From IMG/VR virus record IMGVR_UViG_3300010296_000006: DNA of 60,393 bases. One strand, 5' to 3'. Below the pieces are notes generated by a model that saw only the letters and a list, made by a program, of their open reading frames with translations, was not told where the DNA came from and did not search any database. Position numbers and translations under genes: made by a program. This stretch comes from an uncultured virus (IMG/VR IMGVR_UViG_3300010296_000006). Taxonomy: Duplodnaviria > Heunggongvirae > Uroviricota > Caudoviricetes. Below are positions 13,301 to 20,112 of the stretch, one piece after another (position 1 is the first letter of the stretch; each line of letters begins with the position of its first letter).

Positions 13301-15105
13301 GTACTTGTAGGATAATATAAAGTATCATTTAAGTTATTTTCATCTTTATCAAATAAATCAAATAAAGGCGGCTGATTTACAGTTAACTTATCTTGGCTAA
13401 GATTCCATTTCTCTCCGTCATAAAAAAACATTTTTCCTTTGTAACTATTACCATTAGTAACAAGAACTGTTTCGCCTGCAATAGGATCTGAATCATCAGT
13501 TGGAACAAGACTTATCTGTGTTCTACCATTGTGTAAAATAAAGTTTACAGTATATATTTTTCCATTAACAAATGGATCAGGATCAGCAGTAAACATAACC
13601 CTCATGCCGTTTGTTATTTCAGTATTATCAATGCTGTAACCGACACTACCCTCTATTGTACTAAAAACGTCACTTGTAAAAGTATCAACCAAGTTAATAT
13701 TTTTCTTTGTTACGTTTCCATGTTTCCAAAGTTTTAATCCTGCAGAAAACTCAATAATAGGACGCTTTCCTCTAGCTTCTTCGTCTAACTCAGGATCAGC
13801 ATTATTTTCTAACGCAGATGCAATAATTACATCTCTATGAAACCATCTATTATATCTACTCCAAGGATTTCTGTCTGCGCTTCCTCTGTTAATCACAATG
13901 TAATCTTGGTCTGCTGGATAACTATCTGCGTATTCAAAGGGTACATCATCAAAGTTATAAGCATCAAACGGAACTTCTATTTCATCAGTAAATACAGCAG
14001 GTACTTCAAGGTCTTGTTGATTAATAATCCTAATACTATCACCTACCCCTTCAATAAACCATTCACCTTCGCTGTAAGTTGCTGGAGTAACATTTCCAGC
14101 AAATCTAACTTTCATACCATTTGATAATGTTATTCCTGTGCTTGTAGTATAAGTTTTTTTACCTAATATTTCTTTTTCAACATCTATTTCACTATTTTCT
14201 TCAATGCCCTTATTTAAAACAATACCACTTGTATTAATATCTGTACTACTAATATAATACAAATCCTCTGGTACATCAACAGGCACTGTCCATTCAATAA
14301 CTCCGTTTTCAATATAGTCCTTGTCTGTTAGAACAAGTTTTCCTTCTTCATTGTAAACATATTTCGTTATTCCTTTTGTGTATATTCTTGAAAGATTATT
14401 CTGTTCTATAACTTCTGTAGGATTTAAATCTTCAACATTTCTATTATATGTAAATGCAAAAGGATGTCCTGGTGTGTTTATTTCAAATCTATAAGTCTGT
14501 TCTTTGTACAATGTAATGGTTGGATTATTAGTAAATCCATTTGGAGTAAAAACATATGTAGTGTTATTGTCTTGATCAGATGTAGTTATTTTATATGTGC
14601 TTTGTACACTTTTGCTCTGTCCAATAACAGTAATACGTTTAGGACCTAAAGGTAACCAGTAATATTCTCTAAAGTTTGTAAACTTATCCCAATCTATATG
14701 ACTGTCTAATGCATAACTTTGTTGCTTATTTAAAATATTATGATTTTTTGTATCAATACCGTTGTACTTTAAGGCACCTAAATAATCAATATAGTCACCA
14801 TAAAATGTTACATTATCTAACGTATCTTTTACAACAGTACTGTTTTCAAACTGATACTGTTCTCTTTCTTTTGAAACATCTGGATAAAAAGTGTCATCAA
14901 TCTTTGTTGCTCTTGCATATCTTCTGCCAGCATAACTATTAAGTTTTTCTAATGTTCCAGAACTGATCATTTGATCTATACTAGATTGTAAAAACTTTTT
15001 ATTAGTATCTGTCCTAAAATATTTTGGTAAAAAATCACTCGAAGTTCTTTTGTAGTTTTCGTCAGTTGGCAGAGCCGATTGGCTTTGATTTTTATCGTAT
15101 GACAT
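1324..15105 (-). CDS. Giant (4593 aa) baseplate wedge protein, gp7-like
   Basis: Directly downstream of gp6. Contains FG-GAP-like propeller repeats, three CBM5/12-like modules and (P/G)G.GY..AP repeats, and ends with LRRGTLGT. Confidence 0.7.
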   Translation of the reverse strand: MSYDKNQSQSALPTDENYKRTSSDFLPKYFRTDTNKKFLQSSIDQMISSGTLEKLNSYAGRRYARATKIDDTFYPDVSKEREQYQFENSTVVKDTLDNVTFYGDYIDYLGALKYNGIDTKNHNILNKQQSYALDSHIDWDKFTNFREYYWLPLGPKRITVIGQSKSVQSTYKITTSDQDNNTTYVFTPNGFTNNPTITLYKEQTYRFEINTPGHPFAFTYNRNVEDLNPTEVIEQNNLSRIYTKGITKYVYNEEGKLVLTDKDYIENGVIEWTVPVDVPEDLYYISSTDINTSGIVLNKGIEENSEIDVEKEILGKKTYTTSTGITLSNGMKVRFAGNVTPATYSEGEWFIEGVGDSIRIINQQDLEVPAVFTDEIEVPFDAYNFDDVPFEYADSYPADQDYIVINRGSADRNPWSRYNRWFHRDVIIASALENNADPELDEEARGKRPIIEFSAGLKLWKHGNVTKKNINLVDTFTSDVFSTIEGSVGYSIDNTEITNGMRVMFTADPDPFVNGKIYTVNFILHNGRTQISLVPTDDSDPIAGETVLVTNGNSYKGKMFFYDGEKWNLSQDKLTVNQPPLFDLFDKDENNLNDTLYYPTSTFKGNKVFSYAVGSGPNDSILGFPIKYRNINNIGDIVFDYNLLSETISYQDELQNDFSVNSDVLFLKKYNYLGDNFEYKNAWVKTNKKTIQPVILQYNNMLNNFPIDCFTNAGNLDDLFVKVYIDGKKTNLFSITKRNSLAFVTLPNDLNAYALVVIKCYSNSPKNNNGTYEIPLNYERNPLNENITTFTLGEITDHVKTITEFHPDFEGESLGVNNLRDLGELSSYGRLLLQHEGPLNLPLYHLVSKEYNAISGLNLARKQYNTFKRAFLREAESSGFFGSVKDHVDYIIKVINKDKSTQQPFYTSDMIPFSGFTFEEHTVEFTGPDYFALKNTFDLTTPNSKAVLVYLNDVQLLHEIDYTFSNGFVYIDRELQINDVVKIYEYENTNGSFVPPTPVKLGLLPAYQPQIFVDTTYLTPQKVIQGHDGSIVVAYDDYRDDLLLELEKRIFNNIKVKYDPTILDIHDFIPSSDRTTYFTQKDIDAAMLNGFSEWLSFANNYDYTKNNVVDGNGFTYNYTGTNDFNGKILQGSWRNVYKTFYDTDRPHTNPWEMLGFYIKPKWWEEVYGPAPYTRDNLVLWQDLEKGIIREPNKPISVNTKYVRTDLTKHIPVDEYGRLIDPTTSGLANNVLIQNVKNIFTYGDISPAENAWRRSSDYVFSLLKAWMLLNPATVFGLGFDRSRITKNIVGNIVWKDTQKSIKLTDIVVPKIKDNIQYYTSGIINYVAANINSRIDANLTDYQNELSNIKNQLSLRLGGFADKSKIKLVLDSRSPLNKTSVFVPDENYKIFLNKSSVLDLSVISGMIIEQIKNADGESKGFTIRGYDNANPVFYSYKHIEQFNDPGITVGGVSETFVNWGSNQLYTKGTVVFYNSQYYRASITHTSDATFNSENFVKLAKLPEVGGKSAKIRRVFDFNDLTKVYYGTYFETIQDVVDFMCGYEAYLKQQGFIFDNVSDTGILEDMTLCIKEFLFFNTQNWDNGAVIATSPVANALKYQKDYFGVDNLYDPFYNFSLLSADGESLNPSVLNLYRDNLDFNVKTITESIYLAKLPLIQTEHIILVDNETVFNDIIFDVIPGYRQERIKVVGYKTDYWDGTLNVPGFFYDEAKVIEWSPNTDYNIGDLVKFKQFYYSNTSGHTSGATFDSTKWILLSQKPQDQLFPNWDYKAKQFGDFYDLDTDNFDTEQQRLAQHLIGYQKREYLNNIITDPTSQYKFYQGFIQDKGTKNALTKLFDPLSTANTDSIEFFEEWALRLGQYGSIDNIEEVEYQLNDKYFKTEPQIVELVDNLSKNRTDLTFEIANYQTYAKPTGYTHTPFNTRTDNDIYTRDAGYVRDKDVEWQVHVYDELVNLDIEQVKIGDNVWVHQQGQVWNVLQNVETDLLVNKLEVNNDILQGVPGYTLTVDTYSHNINKDEVIGIYSSVQSGRGFFKVIDVNGASITVETSTDVDVTAFNDSSIPGISRFVTSRFTTVDDWITSIRDPKSYTNTKVWLDTDSNGDWSVYKNTKNWNLQEEVNSTYETDVEFLSAFAVNDNNTLLAVGAPSYQNPSNVGSVKIWSRPNESFEKTSVYDLTPDTTYHDDDANFGASIAISPDGKYIAVGAPDASNVKTKFVGDLYSADSANILYNDIVADRGILWKANKNIDDIDYKVGQDGSTINSLNEDFSPVYMIPADNFGTASGLNNQGVVYIFKKGDTQLYELDTIITSPNPTANEEFGYKLHFRNNPTSGLKLFIGAPGNAAGKIYFVNYDDINGWEYTVDRDYKGQYSNTYAYNTNDVVLYDYAFYKALDNLTPGQADPTDATKWELLTGEDTWKEHTGYVPNFAESLNPNSQNIFVNGARIGENFDVNKHGDVLVFTSINTVNTKERKVGIYAAPYFRWQYVQTLENEFENLFGRNVSINDNGDKVAVSAQYYDGSSTDSGAVYVYKQTGMGITEYAFQQLVENPFKGGHKLFGQNMKFSGNKLAVVGKNIDTIYKTSFDNDETIFDAGNTSFGYVEENTGGIQIFEEIADKFVYAETLKYLRDTSTYDYDYFNFVDNHIYVAFADMIPATENKVDDLLYLDSTYTNLGVIADFRINKSTDSWQVLVNQEEKVNISNINRVFIYDKKTKDIITNLDFIDPRLGKIPGPAEQEIYYKTTYDPAVYTTSDSSNVTVDAGLNWTDTQVGRLWWNVSKAAWYNPYQDSNTYRTSYFNKLVSGFEIEVCEWVGTSLLPSEWNNIANTAQGFANGITGTALYDDNTFSTRPIFDEVKQSFTNYYFYWVKNKLDVPEDGVRKLSADDVAKIITAPQDYGYRFITPLSSNSFALYNIKSYVSGTDSILHISFNKNQENKNNIHYEYQLLSEGYATTPIDSEIERKWIDSLVGYDENVKPVPDKDIPASQKIGVLNFPRQGMFINRLEAVKQFVERVNSVFTTIPIVDNYVITKLLDKDEVPLASSGLFDTTADSASLLRFVEVSKVQTASLTPIVENGRITGANIINPGRGYKNAPLVKITSANGKNAYLKTSIDSVGKVVSVTVVTQGFDYDSNTQLSIRDFSVLVENDDTVGGRWAIYSYQNKEWVRTNNQNYDTTKYWDYADWYATGYNSNTAINHIASYTYDLFALDANINDIVKIENVGSGGWLLLKKIDNQLVEDYTVNYETIGRQNGTISLSTRLYDYSFVTSGYDASIYDSGFYDREPIQELRNILTAIKDDIFVADLSIEYNKLFFASLRYVFSEQSNVDWAFKTSFVKAKHNVSELEQKISYQNDNLESYQDYVNEVKPYKTKVREYVSSYTKVDPTGSLVTDFDLPPSHNSITKEIETSKAVLQNNNIEFLDSKYEQYPFKSWVDNNTYDVVSIKVADGGSGYLSAPQVFISGDNGTTAEAFLSRGSVKEIQITNKGGKYYTAPVVTLEGNLADDGTPARASAILGNANIRSTHMIMKFDRVSGKTYIANIDTSETFTGTGAKNKFQLEWPMNLNINTFEVTVDNKKLLSSEYLFGNESNNKKTYERKQGYINIIDAPAIDAVISITYKKDVSMLSAADRTTLYYSPTAGMPGNDLSQLMSGVEYEGAIYDSIDFGTETGFDIGGFAGTGFDTFVNTFEDEIFEITSDSTLVETYILSQALETGYEYNVYVKVAGETQEDDWKIYRLDDPAYDGTTILENIYAQMLPIQGDDSTIEVTIDLTDISTAPGDKVIISKSTSDGSFTPVATTYDTALSGGDLGYTTATGIEAGDITVDGDGFYTLNTSKGPEEMVPGKVIDTLDIQVYTRASDGVANITVANYRIENDSTDVYALPGLPQSNDAVIVKLDDEILSSDRYSIDWINKTLLFDDSTSSIGNTLSIISYGTNGTGLLDTDTTIFDGSTTGIVTSVSWDNERSALVTVNGKVQTQNNQYTLVESSADEPYPQRVKIQFEPGILVDGDHIQYSIYNSIATTYSQIIIDNTFESNGENYYHKFTGDIPVPFNAVPLSHRLLVKSNNKILNPGYSIQFAVTEERTYYLDAWNFADTTAIEQQDVLVFEGMTQLTDDAWTYDPVNCTIDLLRTDVVLPGSQLSVYVIKEAEYYMVDTEVQFESIDSTALDMTEFVQQGDTLTLLASDSTEYSGIVEKIVDNCITFRSIQKDIKDAFQTDNEFIVSVAGEDSTQVKVSGVEYILSNNLTFATPPSSGENIEIYQFSNHDVNDFNRYTYNVTSTSVSPTSDTYVRRNLLSAGVIQLQDPIIGTAYAWVSKNGVLLSPIKDYIVSDDAKAVRLRELPQDNDVIDVLQFGNLPVTPKFGFRIFKDMLGRTHYKRLNQENSYVLQSPLNYYDNTIYLESVEGLYIPNRSKNLPGVLFIEGERVEYFEIKNNTVTQLRRGTLGTGVKNVYEEGTRMYGQSSNETIDYQDTTIVQTIKAVSLDSTQHILNDIVTDINEIDVYVAGKKLVKTQLSVFNPANALDSSEGDTILEPDFSLETRISSDGSTQETVLHLRDDPVEGTEIKIVRQTGKVWNDPGKSLGDSDNAISKFIRRATISLPK

Positions 15106-18100
15106 TAATATCCTCCACCTACTATAATATTACTAGATGTGCTTTGTATACCTGCGTTAGAATTAGTAGTTTCTGTAATAATACTACCTTGTGCTTTTAG
15201 TTTTTCAGCGGTGTTTGCTGTTATTATTTCTACATCAGAAACAGTGGCTCCACTTATAAACAGTTCATCGCTTTCACTGTTTACTTCAAACAAACTACCA
15301 AAGTAACTTGATGTTTCAGATGGTACAATAACAATACTTGTTATATCTGGAGACAAACTATTCATAATATAAGTTGAAAGTTCTGACCAGTAAAATGTTT
15401 CACCAAAATCCCAGTTTTCTAGAGCAAAATATTGATTGATTGCTTCTATAACTCGTGATTTTATATCGTTATCGTTTGTAACACGTTCTTTTGATTTTAC
15501 TATTTTAAATGTTGCTTTCAACTGATTGTCTGCCTTACTACCGAATAAAACTTTGTATTTTACTGGATGATATATTACTTCATCGCTAATACTTTTAATC
15601 TGATTTATTGCATCTCCATAATCTCTATATAAACTATCACTGCTTTGGGGCAACGGTTGAGAAGCAATAGTTCCTAAAAGATATTGTCTATATAAAGTAT
15701 CATAAGTTTTTGTTAAAACATACAAGTCAATAATATTACTACTACTAGGATCTATTCTTGCATTTTCGTCACTAGCATGAGTATATTGAAACTTTATATT
15801 ATCTCTTCCTCTGTATGCTTTGTAACCTACAAGCTCTGTAAGTTTACGAGTGGTACTGTTTGATTGGTAAAATACGTCAGTAGAAGGATCATACCATGTT
15901 TTATCAACACTTACATTTGGAGTTCCTATTAATATTTCTTCATCTGTATACTGGTAAAACTCGCTATCAGAGTATACATACTTCTTTAAAAAAATATAAT
16001 CGTTGCTATCTTGTTTTACAATCTTTTCAAATAGTTCTGGATCGTCTACTATACCGTCGTCGTCGCCGTCATAAAACACAACTTCTACTTTTTTGCTATC
16101 TACATAGCCATTTAAGTCTCTATATTCACTACTTATTGCCCAATCATAATCTTGTGTAAAGGGTGAAAGTCCTCCGGTACTAAATAAATCTCTATTAACA
16201 TTTAAAACTGAAACTTTATCTCTAACAATTTTTCCAGTTTTACTATCGTAGATTTTTTTATTATTATCAAAATAAAATCTTGTTTGATTCTTACTTTCAA
16301 ATATGTATCTAGATGATCTATAAGTTATTGTATAAGTATCACCATTTGTTTCAAATAATACTATCCAACTAGCATCTAGTTTTTGTCCAGTTGTATCACC
16401 TGCTAATCCTAAGCTAAAGTCGCCTAAAATATTTAAATCTTCTTGTAATATAACTTTCCATTGTCTGTCAGTAAGATCATAACGTAATCCAAAAGTTCTA
16501 TAAGCAAATATCTGATCAATCATCTGACTTTTTACATCATCAATAATATCTCTAACAAACTTTATCTTTACACTTGTAAGCAATGCATCAGTAGGTATAA
16601 CATTATCAAATAAAATACCTCCAAGACCATCAGCAGTTGCTTCTTGACCTGTTTTAAAAACATTAACAACTTTTGTCCAAATTTCAGACTTATCACCTAT
16701 TACACTTTTAGTACCAAATAATAGTTTATTATCTTTATCAAAATAGTATCCTGTTGGTGCAGAAAACTTAACTAAAGCACCAGGTTCTAAGTATCTTAAT
16801 GGACCTTCTGTTGCCGAAGATACTGCAAAGTTAATATCTCCATCAGTTATAAAACCAGAGCTTGATACAGAATCAGCAGCATATTGAGACCAACTTAGAT
16901 TGAGTTCAGTATAGTTTTGTTCTGTAAACTCACTTAAATAAAAGTTACGCACATTATTATTTGCTAATATAGACGTTACTTTATTATTGATAGTATTTTC
17001 AATATCAGTTCTAGTTACAAAACTAAAACCTTCAACATTATTAAGTTTTTCTTTATATAATATACCGTCATTTGCAAAAAGATTTGTTGTACTATATTTT
17101 CCAGTAGCATCTGTTAAATCATAATATCTGTTTATACCACTACTTGTTCTATTAATAGATTTAATTTTTATTATTTCTTGACTTACACCAAGAGGTCCTA
17201 CATTGTAGTCTTCACCGGTTATTAATCTGTTTTGAGTATAATATGTGCTAGGTGCATTTGTTTTAATACTTTCAGTTGTTTCTGTACTATTAGCATTATA
17301 GACTGGAGACGCAAGGTCAGCAACTATTATCATAGTTTCTACTCTTCCACGTGAACTTGTGTATGGAACACGTAAAGTTACATTTTTAATATCTGCTGGT
17401 AAAATATCATAGTCTCTATTTGCGCTTCTTCTATAATATGATCTAAATGTTCCTTTTGGTAGGGTTCCAAATGTTCCGTCGCTAAAGATAAGACTGATCC
17501 TATCATCAGTTCTTGTTAGTACGCTAAAGATATTTCTAACACCTTTATTAATACTATTATAGATTATATTATTACCTTCAACTGCCTCAACTTTTGTCCA
17601 TAGATCAGACTCTAACTGATTTTCATTTAAAGAATATAACCAAACATCTGAGTTATTAATATTTGTTACGTTTACATTAATTGTTTGATTAGGCGTTGGT
17701 AGATTAACAGTAAAATCTCCTTTTTGTAAACTACCTTGAACAAAGTTAAGAAAAAATCCACTTTGTGTACTGCCTGGACCTTGGCCGTTGTCTTTATATA
17801 ATATACCAAATGTATTACCCGGAAGTGGTGGTTCTTCAATCACACTACCGTTGCTTATATCCGCACTTACTACCTCAAACTCTAAATCTGCTCCATTTAC
17901 AGTAGAGTTAAATGTAAATATTGGTAAAATATTATTTGCAACATTTATTTTATATTTTTCAGTTGGTACTCCGCCAACAATATCTAACTTAGTAGGAGTT
18001 CCAAATCTATTAATAGTATTGAAGCTTGCATTTATAACTTTTATAAACTGTTCATACCAGTTAGTGTTTACATTATCATTCCATTTTACAGTTTTACCAC

Positions 18101-18512
18101 TTAGATTTACGCCATTGCTATCTAACATATTTTCAGAAGTGCTAACACTTGTAATCTTTAACAATCCTTTTGCAGCTTGATTTCGAGTAACATTATAACT
18201 CAATAATCTAGCCATACGTAATACACTTTCTCTACGTTCAGCAAGTTCTATAAAGTTTTCTCTTGCATTTAAATCTACACGATAACTGATGTTTTGACCT
18301 AAGAATGCAATCATATCAATAAGAGCAAGGTACTCACTAGATTCAATATAATCATTAAAATCTTCTGGATAGTTTTGTCTTATGTAGTTGATCATAGTTC
18401 TGCGAAGATTTTCAAAGTCATAACTTTTGAAATCTGCGTACTTGAAACTTTGGTATATTTTTTGCCAGTCTTCGGCAAGTAAAAGTCTATTTTGTCTATC
18501 GGTTGATGACAT
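15105..18512 (-). CDS. gp6: Baseplate wedge subunit
   Basis: N-terminal DFENLRRTMINYIRQNYPEDFNDYIESSEYLALIDMIAFLG...RVDLNARENFIELAERRESV, plus FSDGTFG and QNRLITGEDY (gp6/baseplate J family). Follows gp25. Confidence 0.9.
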   Translation of the reverse strand: MSSTDRQNRLLLAEDWQKIYQSFKYADFKSYDFENLRRTMINYIRQNYPEDFNDYIESSEYLALIDMIAFLGQNISYRVDLNARENFIELAERRESVLRMARLLSYNVTRNQAAKGLLKITSVSTSENMLDSNGVNLSGKTVKWNDNVNTNWYEQFIKVINASFNTINRFGTPTKLDIVGGVPTEKYKINVANNILPIFTFNSTVNGADLEFEVVSADISNGSVIEEPPLPGNTFGILYKDNGQGPGSTQSGFFLNFVQGSLQKGDFTVNLPTPNQTINVNVTNINNSDVWLYSLNENQLESDLWTKVEAVEGNNIIYNSINKGVRNIFSVLTRTDDRISLIFSDGTFGTLPKGTFRSYYRRSANRDYDILPADIKNVTLRVPYTSSRGRVETMIIVADLASPVYNANSTETTESIKTNAPSTYYTQNRLITGEDYNVGPLGVSQEIIKIKSINRTSSGINRYYDLTDATGKYSTTNLFANDGILYKEKLNNVEGFSFVTRTDIENTINNKVTSILANNNVRNFYLSEFTEQNYTELNLSWSQYAADSVSSSGFITDGDINFAVSSATEGPLRYLEPGALVKFSAPTGYYFDKDNKLLFGTKSVIGDKSEIWTKVVNVFKTGQEATADGLGGILFDNVIPTDALLTSVKIKFVRDIIDDVKSQMIDQIFAYRTFGLRYDLTDRQWKVILQEDLNILGDFSLGLAGDTTGQKLDASWIVLFETNGDTYTITYRSSRYIFESKNQTRFYFDNNKKIYDSKTGKIVRDKVSVLNVNRDLFSTGGLSPFTQDYDWAISSEYRDLNGYVDSKKVEVVFYDGDDDGIVDDPELFEKIVKQDSNDYIFLKKYVYSDSEFYQYTDEEILIGTPNVSVDKTWYDPSTDVFYQSNSTTRKLTELVGYKAYRGRDNIKFQYTHASDENARIDPSSSNIIDLYVLTKTYDTLYRQYLLGTIASQPLPQSSDSLYRDYGDAINQIKSISDEVIYHPVKYKVLFGSKADNQLKATFKIVKSKERVTNDNDIKSRVIEAINQYFALENWDFGETFYWSELSTYIMNSLSPDITSIVIVPSETSSYFGSLFEVNSESDELFISGATVSDVEIITANTAEKLKAQGSIITETTNSNAGIQSTSSNIIVGGGY

Positions 18513-18535
18513 TTTGCAATCCTCAGCTAATACAA

Positions 18536-18542
18536 TATTTAT
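18536..18542 (-). promoter_or_regulatory. Putative late promoter ATAAATA
   Basis: Motif in the short intergenic gap upstream of gp6. Confidence 0.55.
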
Positions 18543-18563
18543 GCATTTTATAATATGCGCACA

Positions 18564-19007
18564 TTAAAAGATACTGTTTCTTTGATCAAAAGTAAAACGT
18601 AAGTTTTCACTTATATTGTAGTCTAAGAAAGTTAATTCAGCATAAACTTGTATACCATATTCAAAACTATCAACAGTTATATTGTTAGCATTTACACGAG
18701 GATCATAGTTAATTATTGTAGTGACATTTTTTACAATAGCACTTTTTAGAGCATCAGTTAACGGTTCAAAAATTACATCCCAAATAATAGTTCCAAACTC
18801 AGGATTTTCTAGTTTTTCACCTAGTCTAATATGAAAATGATTAACAATGTCTTGTTTTATCAAAGCAATATCATTTAACACCAAATCCTTACTATCTGGA
18901 TTTACTGTACTAAGTCCTCTATAACTTCTATCAACAATAGGATTATTTTTAAATCTAGGATTGTTGATTTGCAAGTTTTTGTAAAGATTTTGTTCTAAAG
19001 TGCTCAT
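18564..19007 (-). CDS. gp25: Baseplate wedge protein gp25
   Basis: DIALIKQDIVNHFHIRLGEKLENPEFGTIIWDVIFEP...YDPRV matches the gp25/GPW pattern. Confidence 0.9.
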   Translation of the reverse strand: MSTLEQNLYKNLQINNPRFKNNPIVDRSYRGLSTVNPDSKDLVLNDIALIKQDIVNHFHIRLGEKLENPEFGTIIWDVIFEPLTDALKSAIVKNVTTIINYDPRVNANNITVDSFEYGIQVYAELTFLDYNISENLRFTFDQRNSIF

Positions 19008-19011
19008 ACTA

Positions 19012-19018
19012 TATTTAT
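19012..19018 (-). promoter_or_regulatory. Putative late promoter ATAAATA, 4 nt before the gp25 ATG
   Basis: Minus strand reads ATAAATA-tagt-ATG with no Shine-Dalgarno. Confidence 0.55.
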
Positions 19019-19025
19019 TATCCTA

Positions 19026-20102
19026 TTACTGAAGAGATTTTAACCTATTTCTTAAAGCTGTGTCTGCTCTAGTTAAATCTTGTTCTGCCTGTTTTACTGT
19101 TTGTGTTATACCTGGTACTACTGCTTCAACTGCTTTTCCTAAATCATTATCTATTTGTTGTGCAATATTTCTTAAATCCTTTTCAAAATCAACACCAAAA
19201 TCAAGTTTTATATCCAAGTTAGATGCAGCATCAATAATAGACTCAAGGCCATTTGTAAACTGATCTAATGCATTATTGGGATTCCTAGCACTTTTTACAT
19301 TATAAAGAGGTTTATCTAACTTTTCAGGTATGTCCCAGTTTCTTCTAACAGATACTAATCTTAGTTTAGGGTTAGTCCCGGATACTGGAATATTTTTTAC
19401 AAGTCTAACATCTCTATTAGCATTGCCTACAATAGCACTACAAGTTCTTGTAGCAGGATCATAAGATTGTACAAAACCTAAAACTTGTTTAAAATCGATA
19501 GTCTTAAAAACTAATATATCATTTTTTCTAACTTTATCAAATCTAGAAAAAGGTATAGAAGTACCATAGTTTTCATAAGGTGTAACTTGACAGGTTCTCA
19601 AATACCTTATTCCACTTTTGCTTAGAATATAGTTTACAAATGCAACATTCCAGTTGTATTCTGCTTTGTATCCATCCTTACTATAATCATAGCCACTTAG
19701 TACAAATGCATCTAGTATGTTTTTATTTTTTCCATTTACTCGCCAATCTGATGCTAATGCTTTTTGCAGATTTTTTTCTAATATTTCAAATCCACTAATG
19801 TTTTCATCAAAGTCAGTAGCAGTAGGAAGTCCTTCTTTGATTCTTGGTCCTTCTATTCTATCAAATACATTGATACAGTTTTCAAAAGCAGGTACAGGAG
19901 AATCTGGTAATGCAGCAGCTCTTAGATTTTCTACCACTTGTGATAATCCAAGTTCTGTTCCGATATTTTCTGCAAAAGTATTAAAAACTGTATCTGCGTT
20001 TTGTATAGAATTTTTTGCTCTAACCGTAAAGTCTCTAGTTGTTTGACCAACATCATCTACTGCATTAGCAACAACAGTTATCAATGAATCGTCTTGTGCC
20101 AT
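19026..20102 (-). CDS. Baseplate-associated protein with a degenerate CHAP/NlpC (TIGR02594-like) domain
   Basis: WNVAFVNYILSKSG...NDILVFK...QVLGFV...IVGN resembles WCAAFVN..L...G...GD..VF...GHVGF...LGGN but lacks the Cys and His. Confidence 0.5.
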   Translation of the reverse strand: MAQDDSLITVVANAVDDVGQTTRDFTVRAKNSIQNADTVFNTFAENIGTELGLSQVVENLRAAALPDSPVPAFENCINVFDRIEGPRIKEGLPTATDFDENISGFEILEKNLQKALASDWRVNGKNKNILDAFVLSGYDYSKDGYKAEYNWNVAFVNYILSKSGIRYLRTCQVTPYENYGTSIPFSRFDKVRKNDILVFKTIDFKQVLGFVQSYDPATRTCSAIVGNANRDVRLVKNIPVSGTNPKLRLVSVRRNWDIPEKLDKPLYNVKSARNPNNALDQFTNGLESIIDAASNLDIKLDFGVDFEKDLRNIAQQIDNDLGKAVEAVVPGITQTVKQAEQDLTRADTALRNRLKSLQ

Positions 20103-20112
20103 GTATTCTTCC

